A DNA stretch of 27,022 nucleotides from Deltaproteobacteria bacterium (GTDB lineage: Bacteria; Myxococcota_A; UBA9160; SMWR01). The notes under the pieces are model-generated. The model did no database searches. It saw only the letters and a list, made by a program, of their open reading frames with translations, and was not told the origin of the DNA. The translations under genes were made by a program, and so were the position numbers. The stretch's first letter is position 1; each line of letters opens with the position of its first letter. Positions 18,141 through 27,022 of this stretch are shown piece by piece. Where the stretch lies: positions 1-27,022 of the forward strand of contig JAQBHB010000039.1 of NCBI GenBank assembly GCA_032128115.1. The letters are read 5' to 3'.

Positions 18141-19940
18141 ATGGACATGAACCGCATCCGCAACTTCTGCATCGTGGCCCACATCGACCACGGCAAGAGC
18201 ACGCTCGCAGATCGCCTGCTCGACGCCACTGGCTCGGTGGCCGCGCGGGAGCGGCGCGATCAGTTCCTGGACAACATGGACCTGGAGCGCGAGCGCGGCA
18301 TCACCATCAAGGCCCAGACCGCCCGCATGCGCTACCGGGCCCGCGACGGTCACGAGTACCAGCTCAACCTGATCGACACCCCCGGCCACGTGGACTTCTC
18401 GTACGAGGTCTCACGGGCCCTGCACGCCTGCGAGGGCGCCCTGCTGGTGGTGGATGCCGTTCAGGGCATCCAGGCCCAGACCCTGGCCAACGCCTACCTG
18501 GCGGTCGACGCGGGCCTCGAGATCATTCCGGTGATCAACAAGATCGACCTGCCCGCCGCCGACCCGGACGCGGTGGCCCAGGAGATCGAGGACGTGATTG
18601 GCCTGGATGCGGCGGATGTACACAGCGTGTCCGCCAAGGAGGGCAAGGGCATCGACACCCTGCTGGAGCTGATCGTCGAACGGGTGCCGCCCCCGCGAGG
18701 CGATCGCGAGAAACCCACGCGCGCCTTGATATTCGACTCCTGGTTCGATCCCTACGTGGGGGCGGTAGTGCTGGTGCGGGTATTCGACGGCGTTCTGCGC
18801 CGGGGCGCCCGCCTCAAGATGATGGCGGCCGGCGACGAGCACGAGATCCAGGCGCTCCACGCCATCGATCCCCACCCGCGCGTGGTGGAGACCCTGGCCG
18901 CCGGCGAGGTGGGGGCGGTGATCGCCGGCATCAAGACCCTGGCCCAGGTGAAGATCGGAGACACCCTCACCGACGCCGACCTGCCCGCCAGCGAGGCGCT
19001 GCCCGGGTTCCAGGAGGTGAAGCCCATGGTCTTCACGGGCCTCTACCCGGTGGCGGCCGACGACTATGAGTCGCTCAAGACCGCGCTCGAAAAGCTTCGC
19101 CTGAACGACGCGTCGCTGGTCTACGAGCCGGAGACCAGCGTTGCCCTGGGGTTCGGCTTCCGCTGCGGCTTCCTGGGCTTCCTGCACGCGGAGATCAACC
19201 AGGAACGCCTGGAGCGGGAGTACCACCTGGATCTCATCACCACGGCGCCCACCGTGCGCTATCGGGTGGTTCTGCGCTCTGGCGAGGAGCGCGAGATCGA
19301 GAGTCCGGCGGCCCTGCCTTCCCCGGCCGATCTGGACCGCATCGATGAGCCGGTGATCCTGGCAACCATTCACGTGCCGTCCGAGCACCTGGGGGCGGCT
19401 CTGGCCCTGTGCCAGAACCGACGGGGGGTGCAGAAGAGCATGACGCAGCACGGCTCGCGGGTGCAGGTGGTCTACGAGCTGCCCCTGAACGAGGTGGTGG
19501 TGGACTTCCAGGATCGCCTGAAGAGCGCTACGCGCGGCTACGGCTCCTTCGACTACGAGTTGCAGGGCTACCAGCCTGCGGACCTGGTGAAGCTCGACAT
19601 CCTGGTGAACGGGGAGCCGGTGGACGCCCTGTCGCTGATCGTCCACCGCGAGAAATCCTTCGCTCGGGGAACGGAGCTGGCTCGCAAGCTCAAGGAGTTC
19701 ATCCCGCGGCAGATGTTCGAAGTGGCCATCCAGGCCGCCATCGGGGCGAAGGTGATCGCCCGGACCACCGTCAAGGCGCTGCGCAAGAACGTCACGGCCA
19801 AATGCTACGGTGGGGACATCACCCGCAAACGCAAGCTCCTGGAGAAGCAGCGGGAAGGCAAACGGCGCATGAAGAGCGTGGGGTCGGTGGAGATCCCCCA
19901 GGAGGCATTCCTGGCGGCGCTGAAACTGGAGGACTCTTGA
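18141..19940 (+). CDS. lepA: Translation elongation factor 4 (LepA)
   Basis: [73 protein letters not shown]. Confidence 0.99.
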   Translation: MDMNRIRNFCIVAHIDHGKSTLADRLLDATGSVAARERRDQFLDNMDLERERGITIKAQTARMRYRARDGHEYQLNLIDTPGHVDFSYEVSRALHACEGALLVVDAVQGIQAQTLANAYLAVDAGLEIIPVINKIDLPAADPDAVAQEIEDVIGLDAADVHSVSAKEGKGIDTLLELIVERVPPPRGDREKPTRALIFDSWFDPYVGAVVLVRVFDGVLRRGARLKMMAAGDEHEIQALHAIDPHPRVVETLAAGEVGAVIAGIKTLAQVKIGDTLTDADLPASEALPGFQEVKPMVFTGLYPVAADDYESLKTALEKLRLNDASLVYEPETSVALGFGFRCGFLGFLHAEINQERLEREYHLDLITTAPTVRYRVVLRSGEEREIESPAALPSPADLDRIDEPVILATIHVPSEHLGAALALCQNRRGVQKSMTQHGSRVQVVYELPLNEVVVDFQDRLKSATRGYGSFDYELQGYQPADLVKLDILVNGEPVDALSLIVHREKSFARGTELARKLKEFIPRQMFEVAIQAAIGAKVIARTTVKALRKNVTAKCYGGDITRKRKLLEKQREGKRRMKSVGSVEIPQEAFLAALKLEDS

Positions 19941-20737
19941 TCGGGGCTCCCAAAAGCGAGCCTCCCGGGGATCTGGAGCGGAGCGGGCCCGCATCCGGCG
20001 GCATCGCCGAGCAGCTGGGCACGCTGCTGTTGGCCGTGCTGGTGGCCCTTGGCATTCGCGCCTTCGTAATCGAGCCGTTCCGGATCCCCTCGGGCTCCAT
20101 GTTTCCGACCCTGCTGGTGGGAGACCACCTGTTCGTGAACAAGTTCCTGTACGGGATGAAGATTCCGTTCAGCGATCTGCGGGTGGGCGAGTTGCGGCCG
20201 CCCCAACGCGGGGACGTGGTGGTCTTCACCGTGGCCAAGCGGGGCGGCGAAACCTTCCCCGCCGACGAGAAACCCGACCTGCCGCGCGAGGAATTCGTCA
20301 AGCGCATCGTGGGGCTCCCGGGCGAAACCGTCGAGGTCCGGGGCCGCTACGTCTACATCGACGGCGAGCGCCTGGACATGCGCCCGACGGGGGAGTCCTT
20401 CGAAGATGAACTGGAGCACCGGCTCGACGTCTACGAGGTGCGCCAGGGAGAGCGCCGCTACACCGTGCTCGACGACCCGACCATCTCGTTCAACGACTAT
20501 CCAGCCACGGAGATCGCGCCCGGCCGCTACTTCGTGCTCGGCGACAACCGGGATCATTCCAAGGACAGCCGCATCTGGGGAACGGTGCGCGCGGCCGAAC
20601 TCAAGGGCCCGGCCTTCCTGCTCTACTGGTCGTGGAACTTCAACGGCAGCTGGGGCGAACTCGTGAGCCCATTGGTTCTGTGGGACCTGTTCAGCGACAA
20701 GATGCGCTGGGACCGCATCGGCGATCGGATCCACTAG
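19937..20737 (+). CDS. lepB: Signal peptidase I
   Basis: TTG start overlapping the lepA stop after [15 protein letters not shown] (Ser), [11 protein letters not shown] (Lys), [14 protein letters not shown]. Confidence 0.97.
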   Translation: MIGAPKSEPPGDLERSGPASGGIAEQLGTLLLAVLVALGIRAFVIEPFRIPSGSMFPTLLVGDHLFVNKFLYGMKIPFSDLRVGELRPPQRGDVVVFTVAKRGGETFPADEKPDLPREEFVKRIVGLPGETVEVRGRYVYIDGERLDMRPTGESFEDELEHRLDVYEVRQGERRYTVLDDPTISFNDYPATEIAPGRYFVLGDNRDHSKDSRIWGTVRAAELKGPAFLLYWSWNFNGSWGELVSPLVLWDLFSDKMRWDRIGDRIH

Positions 20738-20762
20738 CCACGCCCGACTAGCGGGCGTTGGC
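20737..20762 (+). terminator. GC-rich hairpin immediately after the lepB stop (possible terminator or 3' stabiliser)
   Basis: GCCA-CGCCCG-actag-CGGGCG-t-TGGC; no U-tract. Confidence 0.35.
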
Positions 20763-21127
20763 CAGTAGCGCATTGTCCGGACGCGTTCGCGGTGCGAACG
20801 AGCCGGTCGGGCAACCGGGATTGCCTAGCTGGCATTCCACGGCCACGAACACGTGGATACCGGGGCTGCCCCGGACGAACGTCCTCCCGCTCCTGCCCCC
20901 GAATCTTCTCCGGAATCTCCAGGAGCCGGCAAATCACCGGCAACCGCCGGCGAAGTCGAGCAACCCTCAACGCTTGGCTCCCCACCTGTGAAGTGTCGCG
21001 CGAGTTCTTTGCGCGATGCGTGTTGTGATCCCCACGTGTTTTTCGACGCGTCGGTGGTCCCCATCACGGGCGGATACCCCGGGGCCTCCGATCCATCTGG
21101 GCGGAGGGCAAACCCCGGAGGTTTCCC

Positions 21128-22927
21128 GTGTTCGGACGCAACGTGCTCGCACTGATGCTGACGACCCTGGCCCTGGGTGGGGCCTTCGCAGCCAAGCGCT
21201 TCGCAAGCGGTTCCCCCCAGATCCTGGCCCAGGCTCATGCCCAGGTAGATCCGGTGGCCGCACCGGCCCCGGCGCCCGCCATGGCTTCGCAGCCGCTGGA
21301 GATCGCAACGGCCGCTCAGCCCATGCCAATTCTGGACCTCTCCGAGCCGGAATTCCGCGAGCGCGGATCTGCGCCTCGCAGCCCGGTCTTGACCGCTGTC
21401 CCCGACTTCGTGCCGCCGGCCGGCGTGGCCTCCTCCCCGGAACGCAGCCTGATTCGCGAGCGCTTCGCGCGGGTCGATCTGGGTGCTCTCATGCCCACGT
21501 TCGACGCGGAGAGCCCCGACCCGCAGCCGGATTACAAGACCGTGGCGCTCGACCTGTTCGAGGATGTGCAACTCGAGGTGGTGCTCGACCGCCTGGACGC
21601 CGTCTCGAGCCTACCCGAGAGCCTCATCTGGCTGGGCCACGTGCAGGGCGTGGAGGGCAGCGACGTCACATTGGTAGTCCGAGGCCAGGTGGTGCAGGGC
21701 GTGGTGCACCTGCCCACGGGTGAACAGTACGAGTTGAGCTATGCGGGCAGCGGTGTGCACCGGATTGCCCAGACGGACATCCACGGTTTCCCGGCGGAGG
21801 CGGCGCCTCTGGATGGGCGTCTCTGGGAGGACTCGACCGAGCCGGCGGTGAAGACGCGCGCAGCGCCCCTCGAGGGGCTGACCGTCGTCGATCTCATGGT
21901 GGTGTACACGCCGAAATCCCGGATTGGCGCGGGCGCTGTGGACGCCATCGAGGCACGGATCGAGCAGGGGGTCTCCATGGCGAACCAGGCCTACGAGACC
22001 AGTGGCGTCGGCCAGGTCCATCGGCTGGTCCACATGGCCGAGGTTGAATACACAGAGTCTTCCTCCTCCCGTGCGGGGCTTGCCCTGGCGAATGTCCGCA
22101 ACCGGAACGACGGAATCCTCGAAGAGGTCCACGAGCTCCGGAACACCTACGGAGCGGACGTAGTCAGCTTCCTCATCGAGGACACCGCAGTCTGCGGACT
22201 CGGCTACATCCTCGATCCGCGCTTCTCGTGGGCCGAGTCCTATGCGTTCAACGTGACCTACTGGGCGTGCGTGGGCAGCACCCACTCGCTGGCCCACGAG
22301 ATCGGCCACAACCAGGGGCTGGATCACGACATCGACCACACCTCCAACGGGTCTTCCGGCGCATTCGATTACTCGGTCGGCCTTCAGGACCCCACCCACT
22401 TCCGGACGATCATGGCGTATCCCTGGGGCTGTGCTCTCCCGTGCCCCCACATCAACCAGTTCTCGAATCCCGCGGTGGGCTACGGAGGGCGTCCCACCGG
22501 GGTTGCCGGCGAGGCCGACAACGCAATGTCGCTGTCGCAGACCCAAACCTTCGTGGCGGCGTTCCGGGAGTCGGTGGATGGCACCGATCCGGATCCTGGG
22601 GTCGACTCGGATTCCGACGGCATGCCCGACGACCTGGACAACTGCACGGAAACGGCGAATTCCGACCAGATCGACACGGACCTGGATGGTCTGGGCAATG
22701 CCTGCGACGCGGACTACAACGGGGACATGCGGGTGAACCTTGAGGACCTCAGCATCTTCCGCCGCACCTTCCTGCGGGAAAAGGGCGACCCCCAGTTCAA
22801 CCCCGCCGCGGACAGCGACGGCGTCGTGGGAAACCTCGACTTCGTCCTGCTGCGCAGGCAGTTCGGCAGCAGCCCAGGACCTTCGGGCCTGGCCTGCGCC
22901 GGCGAGCCGTTCTGCCAGGGCTCGTAG
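21128..22927 (+). CDS. Secreted metzincin (reprolysin-like, M12) zinc metalloprotease with prodomain, TSP type-3-like repeat and dockerin-like C-terminus
   Basis: GGAGG RBS then GTG; N-terminal signal/TM; VDLMVVYTP, ADVVS, CGLGY, HEIGHNQGLDH (22295-22327), Met-turn TIMAY; DSDSDGMPDDLDNC...DQIDTDLDGLGNACD; DYNGDMRVNLEDL. Confidence 0.88.
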   Translation: MFGRNVLALMLTTLALGGAFAAKRFASGSPQILAQAHAQVDPVAAPAPAPAMASQPLEIATAAQPMPILDLSEPEFRERGSAPRSPVLTAVPDFVPPAGVASSPERSLIRERFARVDLGALMPTFDAESPDPQPDYKTVALDLFEDVQLEVVLDRLDAVSSLPESLIWLGHVQGVEGSDVTLVVRGQVVQGVVHLPTGEQYELSYAGSGVHRIAQTDIHGFPAEAAPLDGRLWEDSTEPAVKTRAAPLEGLTVVDLMVVYTPKSRIGAGAVDAIEARIEQGVSMANQAYETSGVGQVHRLVHMAEVEYTESSSSRAGLALANVRNRNDGILEEVHELRNTYGADVVSFLIEDTAVCGLGYILDPRFSWAESYAFNVTYWACVGSTHSLAHEIGHNQGLDHDIDHTSNGSSGAFDYSVGLQDPTHFRTIMAYPWGCALPCPHINQFSNPAVGYGGRPTGVAGEADNAMSLSQTQTFVAAFRESVDGTDPDPGVDSDSDGMPDDLDNCTETANSDQIDTDLDGLGNACDADYNGDMRVNLEDLSIFRRTFLREKGDPQFNPAADSDGVVGNLDFVLLRRQFGSSPGPSGLACAGEPFCQGS

Positions 22928-22928
22928 A

Positions 22929-22983
22929 GTGTCTCGGAGAGGGGTCGGGGGGGCTTGCCCCCCAGGCCTCCTCCGGCAGACAC
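22929..22983. repeat. Long imperfect palindrome (REP-like element or terminator)
   Basis: GTGTCT/AGACAC and CGGAG/CTCCG outer stems, with inner GGGGGG-cttg-CCCCCC. Confidence 0.6.
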
Positions 22984-22985
22984 GA

Positions 22986-23014
22986 TTGAAGCCGCCGGGT
23001 CTCGCGGCTATCCT
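22986..23014 (+). promoter_or_regulatory. Sigma70-type promoter of the pyr operon
   Basis: TTGAAG (22986-22991), exactly 17 nt, TATCCT (23009-23014), placed just upstream of the PyrR site. Confidence 0.75.
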
Positions 23015-23030
23015 CGGGTCTTCGTGATCA

Positions 23031-23069
23031 GCTCCTTTTAATTCCGTTCCGTGAGACGGAGAAGGGCGC
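23031..23069 (+). promoter_or_regulatory. PyrR-binding RNA element (binding loop)
   Basis: CCTTTTAATTCCGTTCCGTGAGACGGAGAAGG: UUUAA motif, TCCGT/ACGGA upper stem around a UCCGUGAG loop, CCTT/AAGG lower stem; directly upstream of pyrR. Confidence 0.85.
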
Positions 23070-23074
23070 GTTCC

Positions 23075-23716
23075 GTGAGCCAGGAAGAGGCACGGCAGGG
23101 AGGCTCCTCGGAGCCTCGAGCGGCCGGCAGCGACGCCGGTGTCCGCACCATCCTCGACGGATCCGGCATCCGCCGGACCCTCATGCGCATCGCCCACGAG
23201 ATCCTGGAGCGCTGCGAGAACCCGGAACGTCTCTACCTGGTCGCCATCCCCAACGGCGGCATCCCCTTGGCCCGCGAGCTGGCCGAGAATCTGCGCCAGA
23301 TTGCGCAGATCGAGGTTCCGGTGGGGATCCTGGACACCACCCTCTACCGCGACGACCTGTCCACGAAGGGCGAGCGGCCACCCCTGCGCCTGACCGAGAT
23401 GCCGTCGGCAGTGGACGACAGGGTGGTGATCCTGGTGGACGACGTGGTGAAGAGCGGCCGCACGATACGCGCCGCCATGGACGCACTCATGGACTTTGGC
23501 CGCCCCCAGATGGTCCAGGTGGTGGGCCTGGTGGATCGGGGCCACCGCGAGCTTCCCATCAAGATCGACTATGCGGGCAAGAACGTTCCCACGAGTGCCA
23601 GCGAGAACGTGCGCCTGCGCAGGGTCGGCGAGGAGCTCGAGGTGGTGGTCGAGCCCGCCCGCGATCCCAGCGCCGCCGCGCCCTTCGACGCCCTGCGCAG
23701 CGGGAGGGGAGCATGA
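23075..23716 (+). CDS. pyrR: Pyrimidine operon regulatory protein / uracil phosphoribosyltransferase PyrR
   Basis: IRRTLMRIAHEILER, LDTTLYRDDL, VILVDDV..SGRTIRAAMDAL.DFGRP, DRGHRELPI..DY.GKNVPT. Confidence 0.95.
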   Translation: MSQEEARQGGSSEPRAAGSDAGVRTILDGSGIRRTLMRIAHEILERCENPERLYLVAIPNGGIPLARELAENLRQIAQIEVPVGILDTTLYRDDLSTKGERPPLRLTEMPSAVDDRVVILVDDVVKSGRTIRAAMDALMDFGRPQMVQVVGLVDRGHRELPIKIDYAGKNVPTSASENVRLRRVGEELEVVVEPARDPSAAAPFDALRSGRGA

Positions 23717-24645
23717 TCGGCAGGGATCTGCTGGGGATCGAGGATCTGGAGCGCAGCGACATCGAGCGCATCCTGCAAACCGCGGTGCACATGGGCGAGA
23801 TCGGTGCCCGCGAGGTCAAGAAGGTGCCCACCCTGCGCGGGCGCACCATCGTGAACCTCTTCTTCGAGCCCTCGACCCGCACCCAGACGAGCTTCGAGAT
23901 CGCGGGCAAGCGCCTGTCGGCCGACGTGGTGAACTTCTCCGCCGTGAGCTCGAGCCTCAAGAAGTCCGAGAGCATCCTGGACACGGCTCGCACCCTGGAC
24001 GCCATGGACCCGGACGTGGTGGTGGTGCGCCACGCCGTGGCGGGCGTCCCCAAACGCATTGCCGACGTGCTGGAGGCCCCGGTCATCAACGCGGGCGACG
24101 GCGCTCACGAGCACCCCACCCAGGCCCTGCTCGATCTGTTCACCGTTCAGCAGGAAAAGGGCCATATCGACGGTCTCACGGTCACCATCGTGGGCGACAT
24201 CCTGCACTCCCGGGTCGCCCGCTCGAACATCTACGGGTTCCTCAAGATGGGCGCCGAGGTGCGCATCGCCGCGCCGCCGCCCATGATTCCGCCGGACGTG
24301 GAGGTCCTGGGCGTAAAGGCGTTCACGTCGCTGCGCGAGGCCCTGGAGGGGGCCGACGTGGTAATGGCCCTGCGCATCCAGAACGAGCGACTGGCGGGCT
24401 CGTACTTCCCCAGCATTCGCGAATACTCGGCCACCTTCGGGCTCGACCGCAGCAAGCTCCGCTACGCCAACGAGGGCGCCATCGTGATGCACCCGGGCCC
24501 CGTGAACCGGGGCGTCGAACTCTCCCACGATCTCGCCGACCACCGACCCAGCGTGATCCTCGACCAGGTTCGCAACGGGGTCTCGATCCGGATGGCCGTG
24601 CTCTACCTGATCTCGGGGCGACCGCGGAAAGGGGGGGCTTCGTGA
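23713..24645 (+). CDS. pyrB: Aspartate carbamoyltransferase catalytic subunit
   Basis: FFEPSTRT, NAGDGAHEHPTQALLD, GDILHSRVARSN, LRIQNER, MHPGPVNRGVE. Confidence 0.98.
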   Translation: MIGRDLLGIEDLERSDIERILQTAVHMGEIGAREVKKVPTLRGRTIVNLFFEPSTRTQTSFEIAGKRLSADVVNFSAVSSSLKKSESILDTARTLDAMDPDVVVVRHAVAGVPKRIADVLEAPVINAGDGAHEHPTQALLDLFTVQQEKGHIDGLTVTIVGDILHSRVARSNIYGFLKMGAEVRIAAPPPMIPPDVEVLGVKAFTSLREALEGADVVMALRIQNERLAGSYFPSIREYSATFGLDRSKLRYANEGAIVMHPGPVNRGVELSHDLADHRPSVILDQVRNGVSIRMAVLYLISGRPRKGGAS

Positions 24646-25937
24646 GCCGGATACTGATTCGGGGCGGTCGCGTGCTGGATCCCGCTTCGGGTCGCGACGA
24701 GGTCGCCGACGTGTTGATCGAGGGCGGCGTCGTGGTCCAGGTGGCGCCCGGTCTCGACGTGCCCGGCGCGGAGATCGTGAACGCCAAGGGCGCCTGGGTG
24801 GTGCCCGGCTTCGTGGACCTCCACAGCCACCTGCGCGAACCGGGCCAGGAGTACAAGGAGGACATCGCCTCCGGCGGCCGCTCGGCGGTGGCGGGCGGCT
24901 TCACCACGGTGGCCTGCATGGCCAACACCCACCCGGTGAACGACGACCCGGCCATGACCGACTTCATCCTCGACCGGGGCCGCCAGGATTCCCCGGCGCG
25001 GGTGCTGCCGGTGGCTGCGGCCACCCGCGGCCTCGCGGGCGAGGCGATGACCGAGATGTCGGCGCTGCGCGATGCCGGGGCCGTCGCCTTCAGCGACGAC
25101 GGCGCCACCATCATGGACAGCGGCGTGATGCGCCGGGTGCTGGAGTACTCGCGCATGGTGGACCTGCCGGTGATCGTCCACTGCGAAGATCGCACGCTGG
25201 TGGCGGACGGCGTGGTGAACGAGGGGCCCATCTCCACCCGCCTGGGATTGCCCGGCAACCCCGCCATCGCCGAGACCGTGCACATCGAGCGCGACCTGAT
25301 GCTGGCTGAGTTCACCGGGGCTCGCCTGCACGTGGCCCACGTCTCCACCGCGGGCGGCGTCGCGTGCATTCGTCGCGCACGCGAGCGCGGGGTGCAGGTA
25401 ACCGCCGAGGTGACGCCTCACCACCTGACCCTCACCGACGAGGCCGCCCTGGGCTTCGACACCAACACCAAGGTGGCGCCGCCCCTGCGCGGCGCGGCCG
25501 ACGTGCGCGCCTGCCGCCAGGGCCTGGTGGACGGCACGATCGACGCCATCGCCACCGACCACGCCCCCCACGCAATGCACGAGAAGGATCTGGAGTTCAC
25601 CCTGGCGCCCCCGGGCATGATCGGCTTCGAGACCGCCGCCGCGGTGGTGCTCGACCTGGTGCGCCAGGGCGAGATCAGCCCGTTGGAGCTGATCCGGCGC
25701 CTGTCTACCAACCCGGCCCGCATCCTGGGCCTTGCCGCCGGCACGCTGGCCGTGGGGGCCCCGGCGGACGTGGTGGTGCTCGACCCGGAGCATCGCTGGA
25801 CCTATGACCCCCTGAAGGGCTACTCGAAGAGCCGCAATTCTCCCTGGGCCGGCAAGGAAATGATCGGCCGGGTGCTCACCACGATCGTGGGTGGCGAACT
25901 CGTCTACGGCTACGAGCAGGGCGTTCTCGCGCCATGA
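24642..25937 (+). CDS. pyrC: Dihydroorotase (type I, metal ligands intact)
   Basis: GTGA overlap; [58 protein letters not shown]. Confidence 0.96.
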   Translation: MSRILIRGGRVLDPASGRDEVADVLIEGGVVVQVAPGLDVPGAEIVNAKGAWVVPGFVDLHSHLREPGQEYKEDIASGGRSAVAGGFTTVACMANTHPVNDDPAMTDFILDRGRQDSPARVLPVAAATRGLAGEAMTEMSALRDAGAVAFSDDGATIMDSGVMRRVLEYSRMVDLPVIVHCEDRTLVADGVVNEGPISTRLGLPGNPAIAETVHIERDLMLAEFTGARLHVAHVSTAGGVACIRRARERGVQVTAEVTPHHLTLTDEAALGFDTNTKVAPPLRGAADVRACRQGLVDGTIDAIATDHAPHAMHEKDLEFTLAPPGMIGFETAAAVVLDLVRQGEISPLELIRRLSTNPARILGLAAGTLAVGAPADVVVLDPEHRWTYDPLKGYSKSRNSPWAGKEMIGRVLTTIVGGELVYGYEQGVLAP

Positions 25938-27022
25938 CCGACCGGCGATCTCCCCCCCTCCCCGCCGTGCTCGCCCTGGCCGACGGCACCGTGTACCGCG
26001 GAACGGCCTTTGGGGCCGAAGGCGTCGGTGTGGGCGAGGTGTGCTTCAACACGAGCCTCAGCGGCTACCAGGAGATCCTGACCGACCCGTCGTACGCCGG
26101 CCAGCTCGTGACGATGACCTGTACGCAGATCGGCAACGTGGGTGTGAACCCGGACGACGAGGAATCGGCGCGACCCTTTCTGGAGGGCTTCATCGTCAAG
26201 GAGATCTTCCACACCCCCAGCAACTGGCGCGCTCGCGAGCCGCTGGCGACCTACCTGCAGCGCTTCGGGGTCCCGGGCATCGCCGGACTGGACACCCGGG
26301 CCCTGGTGCGGCGCATCCGGGAGGGTGGGGCACAGATGGGTGTCCTCTCCAGCGATCCCGCCAAGCAGGACGAGGCCGAGCTGGTGGCCCGGGCGCGCAG
26401 CGCCCCCGGGCTCGACGGTCGCGACCTGGTGGACGACGTTACCTGCCGCGAGCCCTACGAATGGAGCGAGGGCCTGTGGCAGGGCACCCGCGGCGGGGTC
26501 CCGCGCCCGCCCCGGCCGAGCCCGCACTTCCGGGTCGTGGCCTACGACTTCGGCATCAAGCGCAACATCCTGCGACAGCTCCACGACCACGGTTTCGACG
26601 TGACGGTGGTGCCGGCGAAGACCTCGGCCGAAGCCGCCCTGGCCCTCGAGCCCGACGCCATCTTCCTCTCCAACGGCCCCGGGGATCCGGCCGCGGTGCA
26701 GGGCGTTCGCGAGCACGTGCGCAGCCTGGCCGAGTCGAAGCCGCTGTTCGGGATCTGCCTGGGCCACCAGATCCTGGGCCTCGCCCTGGGCGGCACCACC
26801 CACAAGCTCAAGTTCGGCCATCATGGCGGCAACCAGCCCGGCCAGGATCTGGCCACGAAAAAAGTGGCCATCTGCGCCGAGAACCACGGCTACGCGGTGG
26901 ATGCCGAGTCGTTGCACGGCGCCGGCGAGCCCGTGGATGTGACCCACGTCAACCTGAACGACGGCACGGTGGAGGGCCTGGCCCATCGCACACGGCCGCT
27001 GTTCTCGGTGCAGTACCACCCG
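25934..27022 (+). CDS. carA: Carbamoyl-phosphate synthase small subunit (3'-truncated by window edge; absent from the ORF track)
   Basis: Manual translation from ATG 25934: [79 protein letters not shown]. Confidence 0.97.
   Translation, partial: MTDRRSPPLPAVLALADGTVYRGTAFGAEGVGVGEVCFNTSLSGYQEILTDPSYAGQLVTMTCTQIGNVGVNPDDEESARPFLEGFIVKEIFHTPSNWRAREPLATYLQRFGVPGIAGLDTRALVRRIREGGAQMGVLSSDPAKQDEAELVARARSAPGLDGRDLVDDVTCREPYEWSEGLWQGTRGGVPRPPRPSPHFRVVAYDFGIKRNILRQLHDHGFDVTVVPAKTSAEAALALEPDAIFLSNGPGDPAAVQGVREHVRSLAESKPLFGICLGHQILGLALGGTTHKLKFGHHGGNQPGQDLATKKVAICAENHGYAVDAESLHGAGEPVDVTHVNLNDGTVEGLAHRTRPLFSVQYHP

Noticed and set aside
20734..21127. Small ORFs (77-100 aa) in the lepB-protease gap
   Set aside because: No RBS, no motif, low-complexity composition, and they overlap each other.
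21106..21170. GGGCAAACC...GGACGCAA resembling a c-di-GMP-I (GEMM) riboswitch
   Set aside because: No GNRA tetraloop or recognisable second stem with receptor, and the match overlaps the start codon and signal peptide. An Rfam scan would settle it.
25951..25963. C-rich tract near the carA start as a frameshift or phase-variation site
   Set aside because: Manual translation from ATG 25934 stays in frame ([18 protein letters not shown]).

Overview
GC-rich bacterial chromosomal window made mostly of housekeeping genes. Gene order and sequence style suggest a deltaproteobacteria/Myxococcota-like organism (inference only). Positions 1-10765 hold the distal S10, spc and alpha ribosomal protein cluster (rpsC to rplQ, with secY, adk, map, rpoA), followed directly by a TlpA/ResA-like thiol-disulfide oxidoreductase. 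Next come a head-to-head pair (GT-C membrane glycosyltransferase with TPRs, and a lipoprotein of the sulfatase/alkaline phosphatase fold), then ftsB-like, argS, a SPOR protein, rmlD-like, lepA and lepB. A secreted reprolysin-like metalloprotease with a TSP3/dockerin-like tail and a structured 390-nt upstream region follows, then pyrR-pyrB-pyrC-carA with a clear promoter and PyrR-binding RNA. Main anomalies: the spc operon cleanly lacks rplX (uL24) and rpsN (uS14); bL17 carries a long histone-H1-like Lys/Ala tail; the 'sulfatase' has a Thr/His active-site motif; ArgRS has both signature motifs altered and may be leaderless; the pyr leader looks like a translational, not terminator-based, switch. 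I saw no mobile element, CRISPR array, tRNA or rRNA, and I cannot claim a clearly new multi-gene system from sequence alone.
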